Source: Minisyncoccota bacterium | GTDB lineage: Bacteria > Patescibacteriota > Minisyncoccia > Phycocordibacterales > UBA9973 | Assembly: GCA_018063015.1 (NCBI GenBank) | Contig: JAGORC010000001.1 | Span: forward strand, 1-62,486 | DNA length: 62,486 bases | Direction: 5' to 3' | Shown here: positions 26,951-35,878 of the stretch, one piece after another | How positions within the stretch are numbered: position 1 is the stretch's first letter | How the letters are laid out: the number at the start of each line of letters is the position of its first letter | Notes under the pieces: generated by a model | What the model was told of the DNA's origin: nothing | What the model saw: only the letters and a program-made list of their open reading frames with translations | Databases searched by the model: none | Position numbers and translations under genes: made by a program

Positions 26951-28318
26951 ATGTCGAAAAGAAATTTTATATTGTTAATAATAGTGTTGGTTATAATAAT
27001 ATTAGCTGTTTTGGCTTTTATGTTTTTCTCTGGAAATAAAGGCGAGACAATATCTGACGAAGGTGGTACCAATTTCTTCGCTAAATTTAATCCATTTGGT
27101 AAAAACAATAATCAAGAAGAGGATACAAATAGTGATGAAGAGGGGACAACAGATACGACACCAACATTGCCGACAGAAGGATTAAGATTAAGAAAGGTAT
27201 CTACGATGCCAGTTGCTGGATATGGAATATTCTCAAAAGAAAGATTCAAGGAATTGCCTATGCCAGAGGACACGACAGGAACTGAATTTGATGAAGAAGA
27301 GGATTCAACACCAATTTTAGACGATAGTAAGACTGTTTTACCTACTAAATCAATAACTCCTCCTTCAACTGAGTTTGCAACAGCACTAAGGTACGTTGCT
27401 AAGGAAACTGGATATGTATATCAAACTTTTGCAGACAAAATAGAGGAAAGACGTTTTTCTTCAACTTATATACCTAAGGTGCATGAAGCATTCTTTGGCA
27501 ACAAAGGGGAGAGTGTTGTCATGCGATATTTGAAATCCGACGACAGAACCATTGATACTTTTTTAGGGACACTGCCTAAGGAAGTTCTAGGAGGGGACAC
27601 TAGTGACACTAATGAATTAAAAGGTTCTTTCTTGCCGGAAAATGTGACAAACATATCTTTGTCTCCTGATTTATTTAATATATTTTATACTCTCAATACA
27701 GGTAACTCATTTATAGGTACGACAGCAGGCATAGTAGGCGACAAGAAGAATCAGATATTTAGTTCTGCTTTTACAGAATGGCTAACTGAGTGGCCTAATC
27801 AGAAGATTATAACCTTAACAACAAAACCATCTTCTGGAATCCCAGGATATATGTATTTTCTAGACAGCACAAAAAAGGTAACTTCAAGAGTGCTCAGTGA
27901 TATAAAGGGACTTACAACTCTAACTAGTCCTACTGGTAAATTCGTACTTTATGGAAACGATGTCCTAGAAATGTCTATCGTAAACGTAACTTCTAAAAAT
28001 ATAACGAATGTTCCAATAAAGGGGTTGCCTGAAAAATGTGTTTGGGGTAAGAATGATTTAGCAATATACTGCCTTGCTCCTGGCTATGTATCTAATGGAA
28101 AATATCCAGACATATGGTATCGAGGTGAGATTTCTTTTTCTGATCAAATATGGAAGTTTGATTCAATCTCAGGAGCAACAGAAATTATTTTAGACCCGCT
28201 AACAGTAGAAGGGGGAGAGGACATAGATGGAATAAGATTAATGCTAGATACAAACGAAAACTACTTATTTTTCATGAATAAGAAAGATTCATATCTCTGG
28301 GAGTTTAAATTAAACTAA
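26951..28318 (+). CDS. membrane-anchored extracytoplasmic protein, function unknown
   Basis: 455-aa ORF; N-terminal TM (FILLIIVLVIIILAVLAFMFF), acidic Thr-rich linker, large beta-rich (propeller-like?) domain. Confidence 0.55.
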   Translation: MSKRNFILLIIVLVIIILAVLAFMFFSGNKGETISDEGGTNFFAKFNPFGKNNNQEEDTNSDEEGTTDTTPTLPTEGLRLRKVSTMPVAGYGIFSKERFKELPMPEDTTGTEFDEEEDSTPILDDSKTVLPTKSITPPSTEFATALRYVAKETGYVYQTFADKIEERRFSSTYIPKVHEAFFGNKGESVVMRYLKSDDRTIDTFLGTLPKEVLGGDTSDTNELKGSFLPENVTNISLSPDLFNIFYTLNTGNSFIGTTAGIVGDKKNQIFSSAFTEWLTEWPNQKIITLTTKPSSGIPGYMYFLDSTKKVTSRVLSDIKGLTTLTSPTGKFVLYGNDVLEMSIVNVTSKNITNVPIKGLPEKCVWGKNDLAIYCLAPGYVSNGKYPDIWYRGEISFSDQIWKFDSISGATEIILDPLTVEGGEDIDGIRLMLDTNENYLFFMNKKDSYLWEFKLN

Positions 28319-28800
28319 ATAGAACCTAAATATTTTATAACTACTCTTCTATTAGGACCAGTTCCTTCTGATTCTGTTTTCAGGTCTTGTTCGTTTGATA
28401 GAAATTCATGTACTATACGTCTTTCAAATGCAGGCATAGGATCAATTTCAACACTTGATTTGAAGTATCTGGCACGCTCTGCCATCATATGTGCAATAGC
28501 GTGTAGATTCTCTATTCTTTTCTTCTGAAATCCATTTATATCTATAATAAACTCTGGGAGATTTTCTCTGTCTTCTTCTTTTGTTTTGTTTTCTACTATT
28601 TTCTTTACTAAATGGTTAAAGGCAAACAAAGCTTCTCCTCCACGGCCCAAGAAGGCATATGAACTAGGTGACTCTACAGCAAACCATAGTGCATTGTCTT
28701 TACCCAAAGAAGTTTCTTCTTGTATTGCAACATTTGAGTCTTCAAGGCCTAGCTTAGACAAGATTTCTCTTATTAAATTTAATATTTCATTACTATTCAT
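28315..28800 (-). CDS. jag: Jag/KhpB-like KH plus R3H RNA-binding protein
   Basis: 161-aa ORF; C-terminal R3H pattern (FERRIVHEFL....EGTGPNRRVVI). Position downstream of yidC. Confidence 0.75.
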   Translation of the reverse strand: MNSNEILNLIREILSKLGLEDSNVAIQEETSLGKDNALWFAVESPSSYAFLGRGGEALFAFNHLVKKIVENKTKEEDRENLPEFIIDINGFQKKRIENLHAIAHMMAERARYFKSSVEIDPMPAFERRIVHEFLSNEQDLKTESEGTGPNRRVVIKYLGSI

Positions 28801-29527
28801 TACTCTTTACTGTGGTTAAGCTTATGTTTTTCTTGTTGGTGTATATTTGCTGACCAATACTGAAGATATTACTTGTAATCCAATAAAGTGCAACTGCTCC
28901 AGAAACACTGTATGCAATAAATGCTACAAGGAAAGGGAAAACATATCTCATTTGAATTTGCATACTCCTAGCAAAGTTCTCCTGGAAAGAATTACCGTCT
29001 CCTTTGTTTTTAGGTGGCTTAGGCATGAAGTAAGCTTGGAAATACTGAGAAATACCAGCTAAAACAGCCAATATTAAACTTTTCTGACCGATATCAAGCA
29101 ACCCTAGAAACTGAGTGTTAACATTTTCTGGTGCGCTAATAAATGAATACAGTAGCCCCTCATCAAAATTTATACCTTTATAGAACACATAGTATAGGGC
29201 GAATATTATCGGTATTTGGATTAAAACAAGTAAGCATCCAGAGAAAGGATTAGTTTTATGTTTCTTATATAGTTCAAAAGTGAGTTTGGCTTGCTCTTCT
29301 TTACTCTTACCACTTTTCTTTATGGCATCCATTTCTGGAGCCAGTAAATTCATTTTAGCCTGATTTTCTATAGACTTCTTGGAAAGTGGAGATAGAAGAA
29401 TCTTAACAAATAAGGTTAATATAACCACCGCAAGACCTAGGTCACCCCCAGGCATTACAGAAACTAAAAAAGCCAGAATGTTTAATAATGGCTTATATAA
29501 AAGAATATTCCATATATTGTGAAGCAT
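28793..29527 (-). CDS. yidC: membrane protein insertase YidC (short form)
   Basis: 244-aa polytopic ORF; conserved synteny rnpA-yidD-yidC-jag; motif PLSKKS..M..L.P....IKKK-like region. Confidence 0.9.
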   Translation of the reverse strand: MLHNIWNILLYKPLLNILAFLVSVMPGGDLGLAVVILTLFVKILLSPLSKKSIENQAKMNLLAPEMDAIKKSGKSKEEQAKLTFELYKKHKTNPFSGCLLVLIQIPIIFALYYVFYKGINFDEGLLYSFISAPENVNTQFLGLLDIGQKSLILAVLAGISQYFQAYFMPKPPKNKGDGNSFQENFARSMQIQMRYVFPFLVAFIAYSVSGAVALYWITSNIFSIGQQIYTNKKNISLTTVKSNE

Positions 29528-29562
29528 TTCATCATTCTATATGAAAACTACTTAAATTACAA

Positions 29563-29772
29563 TTACTTCACCGGATCAATATGATTTTTCTGCCAAGGAT
29601 GACACCTAAGTATTCTAAGAAACCCCATAAAAGAGCCCTTAAAAACACCATATTTAACAATAGCTTGTTTGGTATATTCTGAACAGGTAGGGAAGAATAC
29701 ACAGCTTGGTTTTTTGTAGATACTTATTCTTTTTTGGTAAAACTCGATAGATTTTATAAAAATATTTTTCAT
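29563..29772 (-). CDS. yidD: membrane protein insertion efficiency factor YidD
   Basis: 69-aa ORF with CVFFPTCSEYTKQAI..G..KG......RILRCHPW signature. Confidence 0.9.
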   Translation of the reverse strand: MKNIFIKSIEFYQKRISIYKKPSCVFFPTCSEYTKQAIVKYGVFKGSFMGFLRILRCHPWQKNHIDPVK

Positions 29773-30122
29773 ATCTTGGCTAAAGTGTCCTTTATTTCTT
29801 TATCTAATTGGGGATATATATCAGCTTTTTGGGTGTTTGGCTCTTTTAAAATAGACTTTTTATTAAAAACAAACACCCCGGAAAAACCTTGGGGCAGTAG
29901 GGATATTTTATCTTTTAAAGCATCATATCCTGCTCTGCGTAGCATATTTCTCTTGTGTGCCTTATTAGATACGCTTTTAGGGGCAGAGAACGCCACCTTG
30001 GGTAGTTTAGAGCCTTTGTTTATAAGGTATTTTAGAAAAAAGTTGCTAGAGTAAATAACTCTACCAACCTTAAATATTTCACCAACCTCCTTACGTGAAA
30101 TTCTATTTTTCTTTGGGAGCAT
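29769..30122 (-). CDS. rnpA: ribonuclease P protein component
   Basis: 117-aa basic ORF, KAHKRNMLRR motif. Starts 1 nt after the rpmH stop; overlaps yidD by 4 nt. Confidence 0.85.
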   Translation of the reverse strand: MLPKKNRISRKEVGEIFKVGRVIYSSNFFLKYLINKGSKLPKVAFSAPKSVSNKAHKRNMLRRAGYDALKDKISLLPQGFSGVFVFNKKSILKEPNTQKADIYPQLDKEIKDTLAKI

Positions 30123-30123
30123 T

Positions 30124-30258
30124 TTATGCTGAGATTTTAGCTCGACCCTTTCTTCTTCTTCTTAAAAGGACGTTTTTCCCGTTTGTAGTCTTAGATCTAG
30201 ATAGAAAACCGTGGGCCTTTGCTCTTTTTCTCTTGTTGGGACTGTATGTTTGTGACAT
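30124..30258 (-). CDS. rpmH: 50S ribosomal protein L34
   Basis: Not in the ORF track (44 aa). Manual translation [44 protein letters not shown] matches the L34 consensus. Confidence 0.9.
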   Translation of the reverse strand: MSQTYSPNKRKRAKAHGFLSRSKTTNGKNVLLRRRRKGRAKISA

Positions 30259-30264
30259 GTTGCT

Positions 30265-30293
30265 AGTATACCCATACATAATAAAAAAGTCAA
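30265..30293 (-). promoter_or_regulatory. canonical promoter of rpmH (leaderless)
   Basis: Minus strand: -35 TTGACT (30288-30293), 17-nt spacer, -10 TATACT (30265-30270), 6 nt, ATG at 30258. Confidence 0.7.
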
Positions 30294-30319
30294 AAATGAA
30301 AAATGTGTGTTGAAATACT

Positions 30320-30341
30320 TTATCAACAGATTATCAACAGA
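30320..30341 (+). promoter_or_regulatory. two tandem DnaA-box-like 11-mers
   Basis: Exact direct repeat TTATCAACAGA x2 (30320-30330, 30331-30341). TTATCAACA differs by one base from the TTATCCACA consensus. Lies between the divergent rpmH and dnaA promoters. Confidence 0.6.
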
Positions 30342-30396
30342 GTTAGTAAGATTTTACTTATTCACTAAGGAGGGGAGAATAGTATAATATTCCACT

Positions 30397-31737
30397 ATGG
30401 ACACAAAACAACTTTGGAAGGACTGCTTGGTTGAGATAGAGAATGAAATTTCAAAAGCAAACTTCAGTACTTGGTTTAAAAACACCAACATAATCAAGGA
30501 AGAATCTGGAATTATATATGTTGGGGTGCCTAATGAGTTCGTTAGAGATTGGTTAAAGAATAAATACCATAAACTAATCACAAAAACGATAGCTGACGCC
30601 TATGAAAACATGCGCGCCGTAGAGTACATGATAAGTAAAATAGAAAGCCCAAGGGAAGAAATTTCTAAAAACACCCAGGTTGTTGACAAAGAACTCCCTC
30701 TTAAAGACTTATATGTGAACCCAGACGACAATCTAAACTCTAGATATAGATTTGATTCATTTATAGTTGGATCTTTCAATGAGCTGGCTTATGCAGCCTC
30801 TCAAGCGATATTAGAGAACCCAGGAACAAAATATAATCCTTTCTTTGTTTATGGTGGGACAGGATTAGGGAAGACCCACTTACTACAAGCAGTAGGAAAC
30901 TCACTGAAAGAAAAGTATCCTAGTAAGAAAGTTCACTATTTAACCTTAGAGAAATTTGCTACAGACTTTATTAATTCACTACAGAACAATAAAGCTAATT
31001 CTTTTAAAGAAAAATATAGAAAATATGATCTATTAATAATAGACGATATACAATTCATAGGTAAAATGGAGAAAATACAGGAAGAATTATTCCATACCTT
31101 TAATACTTTCTATGAAAACAATAAGCAAATAATATTTTCATCTGACAAGCACCCAAATTATATACCTGAATTAGCTGATAGGCTTAAATCTAGATTTGCT
31201 GCAGGTATGATTGTAGATGTGACAGAACCAGAATATGAATCTAGATTAGCTATATTAAAGGTAAAATTAAAAGAATTGAATGTTAACTTAAACGATGAAG
31301 TGGTTGAGTATATAGCAAGTTCAATTCAGGGTAATATAAGGGAGTTAGAGGGTAGTCTAAACACTATAATATGCCAATATAAGCTTAAAAACAAAGCTCC
31401 TAATTTAATTGAAGTTAAAAATCTATTAAAAAATAACATAAAACCTAAGAAAAATGTTGCAATAAAAGATGTAGTTAAAATAGTTAGTGATTATTACAAC
31501 TTAGAAGAGTCCTCTGTTTATGAAAAAACAAGAAGGAAGGAGATTGTTAAAGCAAGACAGGTGGTAATGTATATCCTAAGAGAAGATTTTAATGTATCCT
31601 ACCCTTTAATAGGCCAAAAATTAGGTGGTAAGGATCACACAACAGTAATACATTCATATTTAAAAATAAAAGATGATTTAAAGAATGATCCGCAATTACT
31701 TCAGGAATTAGAACAGATAAGAATTATGTTTAAATAG
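30397..31737 (+). CDS. dnaA: chromosomal replication initiator DnaA
   Basis: 446-aa ORF; AAA+ Walker A GGTGLGKTHLLQA, DDIQF box, C-terminal DNA-binding domain (HTTVIHS). TATAAT at 30383-30388 lies 8 nt before the ATG. Confidence 0.95.
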   Translation: MDTKQLWKDCLVEIENEISKANFSTWFKNTNIIKEESGIIYVGVPNEFVRDWLKNKYHKLITKTIADAYENMRAVEYMISKIESPREEISKNTQVVDKELPLKDLYVNPDDNLNSRYRFDSFIVGSFNELAYAASQAILENPGTKYNPFFVYGGTGLGKTHLLQAVGNSLKEKYPSKKVHYLTLEKFATDFINSLQNNKANSFKEKYRKYDLLIIDDIQFIGKMEKIQEELFHTFNTFYENNKQIIFSSDKHPNYIPELADRLKSRFAAGMIVDVTEPEYESRLAILKVKLKELNVNLNDEVVEYIASSIQGNIRELEGSLNTIICQYKLKNKAPNLIEVKNLLKNNIKPKKNVAIKDVVKIVSDYYNLEESSVYEKTRRKEIVKARQVVMYILREDFNVSYPLIGQKLGGKDHTTVIHSYLKIKDDLKNDPQLLQELEQIRIMFK

Positions 31738-31967
31738 CTGTTGAAAAGTTAGGGAAAAGTAGAATTAAAGTTAGTAGAAAGTTGTTAATAATTATTATTG
31801 TTTTAGAAGTTTTAAAAGATGGTTGTGTATAAGTAAGTTTTTATTAATAAAATATAAAATAAAAAATTATTAATTAAGTATTATAAATAAATAATAAATT
31901 TGATTTATCCACTTATTAACAGGACTAATAACAGTAATAAATTATATATAGATAAATATAAACATAT
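31738..31967. other. candidate oriC / DNA-unwinding region
   Basis: 230-bp extremely AT-rich dnaA-dnaN spacer. Four AAAGT motifs at exact 11-bp spacing (31745, 31756, 31767, 31778). DnaA box TTATCCACT at 31905-31913, followed by TAA TAA CAG TAA TAA (31926-31940) and an AT tract. Confidence 0.5.
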
Positions 31968-33065
31968 ATGAAATTAGAATGTGATATAGAAAAAATTAAA
32001 AATAGTGTTTCTAAAGTTGAAAGAATAACTGGTAAAAATCTTACCTTACCAGTTTTAAGTTCTATTCTTTTAGTTGCTTCAGGAAAATCATTAAAATTAA
32101 GATCTACAAATTTAAGTTTAGGTGTTGAAATAGAAATACCAGTAAAAATAGAAAAAGAAGGTGTTTTAGCTGTATCAGGAAATATATTATCTAATGTTTT
32201 ATCTAATATATCCGAAAAAGAAAAGATATCTTTAGAAGATAAAGATGGTAATTTATTACTTAAAACAAAAAAGAATCAATTAAGAATAAAAGGGAATACT
32301 TATGAAGATTTTCCAACTATTCCGCAAGTTTCTGGAAATAGCTTTGAAATAGAAGGTAAAAAATTAATAGAAGGAATAAAATCAGTTTATTACAGTGCTG
32401 CTATAGGTGATATAAAACCAGAAATTTCTAGTGTTTTCATGTATGGAGATGGGGAATATTTAGTTTTTGTAGCTACAGATTCTTTTAGATTAGCAGAAAA
32501 GAAAATAAAAATAAAAGGAATTGAAGAATTTAGTGGGATATTAATACCCTTTAAAAATATACCAGAAATCATAAGAGTTCTAGGAGAAACAACAGAAATT
32601 GTAAAAGTAAGTTTTAATAAAAACCAAGTATCGTTTGCTTTTGATGGAGTTTATCTAACTTCAAGAGTTATAGATGGACTCTTCCCAGATTATAGGCAAA
32701 TAATTCCTAAGGAATATAAAACTGAAGTTGTAACATTAAAACAAGATCTTTTAAATGCTTTAAAAATATCAAATATATTTTCTGATAAATTTAATCAAAT
32801 AAATATAAAAGTTTTACCTAAGGATAAGGTTTTTGAAATTTCTTCAGAAAATAATGATATAGGAGATAATAAAACATACTTAGATGGTGCCCTTCAGGGC
32901 GAGGATGTTGAGTTGAGTTTTAATTATAGATACTTTTTGGATTGTTTCCAATCTTTAAACAAAGATAGTGTTTCTATAAAATTTAATCAATCATCTAAAC
33001 CTATGGTTGTTAAAAGTAATCCAGATGAATTGTTTACTTATTTAATAATGCCAATGAATAAATGA
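31968..33065 (+). CDS. dnaN: DNA polymerase III beta sliding clamp
   Basis: 365-aa ORF directly after dnaA. Three-domain length and C-terminal ..MPMNK-type end typical of DnaN. Confidence 0.9.
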   Translation: MKLECDIEKIKNSVSKVERITGKNLTLPVLSSILLVASGKSLKLRSTNLSLGVEIEIPVKIEKEGVLAVSGNILSNVLSNISEKEKISLEDKDGNLLLKTKKNQLRIKGNTYEDFPTIPQVSGNSFEIEGKKLIEGIKSVYYSAAIGDIKPEISSVFMYGDGEYLVFVATDSFRLAEKKIKIKGIEEFSGILIPFKNIPEIIRVLGETTEIVKVSFNKNQVSFAFDGVYLTSRVIDGLFPDYRQIIPKEYKTEVVTLKQDLLNALKISNIFSDKFNQINIKVLPKDKVFEISSENNDIGDNKTYLDGALQGEDVELSFNYRYFLDCFQSLNKDSVSIKFNQSSKPMVVKSNPDELFTYLIMPMNK

Positions 33066-33319
33066 TAGAAATCAAAGATTTACTTCTTAGATTTAATTCA
33101 CTACTCCTTTCTGAGGAAATAAAAGTTTCTTCTTTAATAGAAGCTATAAAAGAGTTAACTAATATAACTATCACAAAAGATGAAGTAAAAATAAAAGGAG
33201 GTACTGTATATTTATCAATAAAGCCTATATATAAAAACGAGATTTTTCTTAAAAAAGAAAAAATAATAGCTAAGATTACAGAGTCATTAGGTAAGAAAGC
33301 ACCTAAAGAAATTTTATAA
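33062..33319 (+). CDS. small protein, possibly DUF721/DciA-like
   Basis: 85-aa ORF overlapping the dnaN stop (ATGA). C-terminal pattern IKGGTVYLSIKPIYKNEIFLKKEKIIAKITESLG resembles the DUF721 core. The assignment is tentative. Confidence 0.3.
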   Translation: MIEIKDLLLRFNSLLLSEEIKVSSLIEAIKELTNITITKDEVKIKGGTVYLSIKPIYKNEIFLKKEKIIAKITESLGKKAPKEIL

Positions 33320-33320
33320 T

Positions 33321-35837
33321 CTATTTACTTACCTTAAAGTAAGAAGTAAATTCACCTCTATTAAAAGCAGAATCATAAGCTATTATTGTAAGCTTATTTT
33401 CTTCTCTTAGATTTTCAAGATCGTTCGGGAAGAAAGAAAATTTAAAAGGACTTCCTGTTGCTCCCAAATAAATATCGTTTACAAAGATTTCTATTTTCTG
33501 GATAGAATATTTACCTTTGTTTGATATCTCTATTTGTATTTTAGTATCAGGAGAATATGTAGTTGTTTCGTTTGGTTCCTTGATTAATATTTCAGGTTTT
33601 GAATCTTCTTTATGAATGTCATCATAAGAAGAAGGCATTTCGTTCCAGGTTGTTATTTTATAGTTATTTTTGTTTTGGGCCCACCAATTCTGTATAGGTG
33701 TTTCCCAGTTTCGGAATTGAGCATTATCAGAAGGATCTTTAGGTGAATCACCTAATATATCATCTCTATCAATCCAATAAAGTATTGAGTGCACATTAGT
33801 TACGACTTTCTCAACACGTGTCTCTATTGGGGTGTGTTCTGTAGCCAGTTTGCCTGAGATTTTATCTATAAAGAAGTTTTCATTTCCCTGCCAGTAACCT
33901 CTTAGTACTGGTTTTACTTGTGTTGGGTCTACATATAAATCAGGTTTTTCAAATTTTTCGTTAGGTATATTCTTAAAGGATTCATTTAAAAATTTATTCC
34001 AAATCGGTCCTGCTACAGAGACACCACCTTTTTTCATTGGTTTATTGTCGTTGTTTCCAGCCCAAACACCTACTACGATAGATGGCGTATATCCAACAGT
34101 CCAAGCATCTTTATTATTGTTTGTTGTTCCTGTTTTTACAGCGACATCTCTGCCAGGTATGTTTAATGAAGAGTTAGCTCCGAAGGTTGGTGTTCTAGCC
34201 ACATTATCAGATAGAATATCAGAAATAGTCAAAGCAGTATTTCTAGGTAAAACTTCTCTTCCGTTAGGGTTTATTTCTTCTAATACATTACCATTTATAT
34301 CTTCAACCTTTAAAACGCCCGTATAAGGCACCCTAACTCCCTCATTAGCAAATACTCCATAAGCAGAAGTAATGTCTAGTAATGAGACCTCTCCGCCTCC
34401 TATAACAAGTGTTAATCCATATCTACTTATATCTTTAAGAGTATTTATGCCCATATTCTCTGCTGTATCTAATGAATCCTTTAATCCTGAAAGATAAAAT
34501 AGTTTTACTGCAGGTATGTTTATTGACTGACCTAATGCATCACGAAGTTTCATGGGCCCCCTCCATTTGCCATCATAGTTTTGAGGCATGTAACAATCTG
34601 ATTGGTTGTGTCCGGGTAGAGCTGTCCCATAAGCGTTACAGGTGCTTTGAAATTCTGTAGGCAAGTCGAACAACACAGTATCAGGAGTAAATCCTTTATT
34701 AAATGCAGTCGCGTATATAAAAGGCTTAAACGACGACCCAGGCTGTCTTAATGCTGTGGCTACGTTGTAATTTCCATCTATTTCTTTATCGAAATAATCC
34801 CTTGATCCAATCATAGATAAAATTTCTCCTGTTTTAGGATTGATTGCCACTAGGGCAGCGTTACTTCCATCCCAATTTTTTTGATTTTCAAGAGCACCTT
34901 CTTTTACTATTTTTTCTCCCTGTTCTTGGAGAGTGTAGTCTAGAGTTGTAGTTACCTTTAGTCCTCCATTTTCAACTAGTTCTGCCCCATATTTGTTTTC
35001 TAGATAATCTTTAATAAAAAATACAAAGTGCGGAGCTTTTATATTAGATGTTTGCTTTGGAACAAATTCAACCAATTCATCTTTAGCCTTTGTATAATCT
35101 TCTTCTGTGATAAATCCAAGTTCCTTCATTCGGAATAATACAAAATTCTTTCTTTCTTCTAGCTTATCTTTGTTTTTTCCATACGGAGATAGATATGTAG
35201 GGGATTGAGGTATTGAGGCCATATAGGCTGCTTCGGCTATTGTCATGTCATAGGCTTTCTTGTTGAAATAAGTTTTTGCAGCCTCCTCTATTCCATAAAC
35301 AGTTCCTCCATAAGGAGCTTCGTTTAAATATAATTCTAATATCTTTTCTTTAGGGAGGGCGTTGTCTATCTTCACCGCTAGAACCCACTCTCTTATTTTT
35401 CTACCTATTGTTTTTTTAGAGTTTAGTAGAGTGTTCTTTACAAGTTGCTGAGTTATAGTTGACCCACCTCCACCAATACCAACGTTAAATACATTAGAAA
35501 GTACTGCTCTTATTGTTGAAGATATTCTTACTCCACTATGGTTATAAAACTCCGCATCCTCTACTGCCACGGTGGCATTTTTTATATGACTACCCATATC
35601 CTCAAAGGCTATGTTTGTCCTTCTGATGTCTTGATGTATGTCGTACAACAACACCTCTCCAGTTCTGTCATAGATTTTAGTAGAATTTACTATTTTTCTG
35701 TCTCCAAAAGAGCTAAAATCTGGAATCTTAAATGAGGCTATAAAAATAGTACTTATTCCCATAACAACTATAATCAATCCAGCTGTGAAAATAAGCAGAT
35801 TATTAAATAACCTTTTTTTCTTTTTTGACCTAAGCAT
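33321..35837 (-). CDS. bifunctional class A penicillin-binding protein (glycosyltransferase/transpeptidase)
   Basis: 838-aa ORF; N-terminal TM; GT51 motif EDAEFYNHSGV; transpeptidase motifs SSFKP, SIN, KTGTT; extra C-terminal beta domain. Confidence 0.9.
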   Translation of the reverse strand: MLRSKKKKRLFNNLLIFTAGLIIVVMGISTIFIASFKIPDFSSFGDRKIVNSTKIYDRTGEVLLYDIHQDIRRTNIAFEDMGSHIKNATVAVEDAEFYNHSGVRISSTIRAVLSNVFNVGIGGGGSTITQQLVKNTLLNSKKTIGRKIREWVLAVKIDNALPKEKILELYLNEAPYGGTVYGIEEAAKTYFNKKAYDMTIAEAAYMASIPQSPTYLSPYGKNKDKLEERKNFVLFRMKELGFITEEDYTKAKDELVEFVPKQTSNIKAPHFVFFIKDYLENKYGAELVENGGLKVTTTLDYTLQEQGEKIVKEGALENQKNWDGSNAALVAINPKTGEILSMIGSRDYFDKEIDGNYNVATALRQPGSSFKPFIYATAFNKGFTPDTVLFDLPTEFQSTCNAYGTALPGHNQSDCYMPQNYDGKWRGPMKLRDALGQSINIPAVKLFYLSGLKDSLDTAENMGINTLKDISRYGLTLVIGGGEVSLLDITSAYGVFANEGVRVPYTGVLKVEDINGNVLEEINPNGREVLPRNTALTISDILSDNVARTPTFGANSSLNIPGRDVAVKTGTTNNNKDAWTVGYTPSIVVGVWAGNNDNKPMKKGGVSVAGPIWNKFLNESFKNIPNEKFEKPDLYVDPTQVKPVLRGYWQGNENFFIDKISGKLATEHTPIETRVEKVVTNVHSILYWIDRDDILGDSPKDPSDNAQFRNWETPIQNWWAQNKNNYKITTWNEMPSSYDDIHKEDSKPEILIKEPNETTTYSPDTKIQIEISNKGKYSIQKIEIFVNDIYLGATGSPFKFSFFPNDLENLREENKLTIIAYDSAFNRGEFTSYFKVSK

Positions 35838-35878
35838 TATTGTTTAATCATAACAAAAAAAATGCTATAATTCGAGCG

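Noticed and set aside
15239-28318. Integrative conjugative element or plasmid remnant
   Set aside because: There is no integrase, relaxase, coupling protein, replication or partition genes, or flanking direct repeats. The neighbours are core genes and the composition does not differ visibly from the rest. It is treated as a chromosomal secretion-like locus instead.
30367-30375. Strong Shine-Dalgarno-like AAGGAGGGG upstream of dnaA
   Set aside because: It lies 22 nt or more from the ATG at 30397, and an in-frame TAA at 30385-30387 excludes an earlier start. The TATAAT at 30383-30388 lies between it and the ATG, so it would not even be in the transcript.
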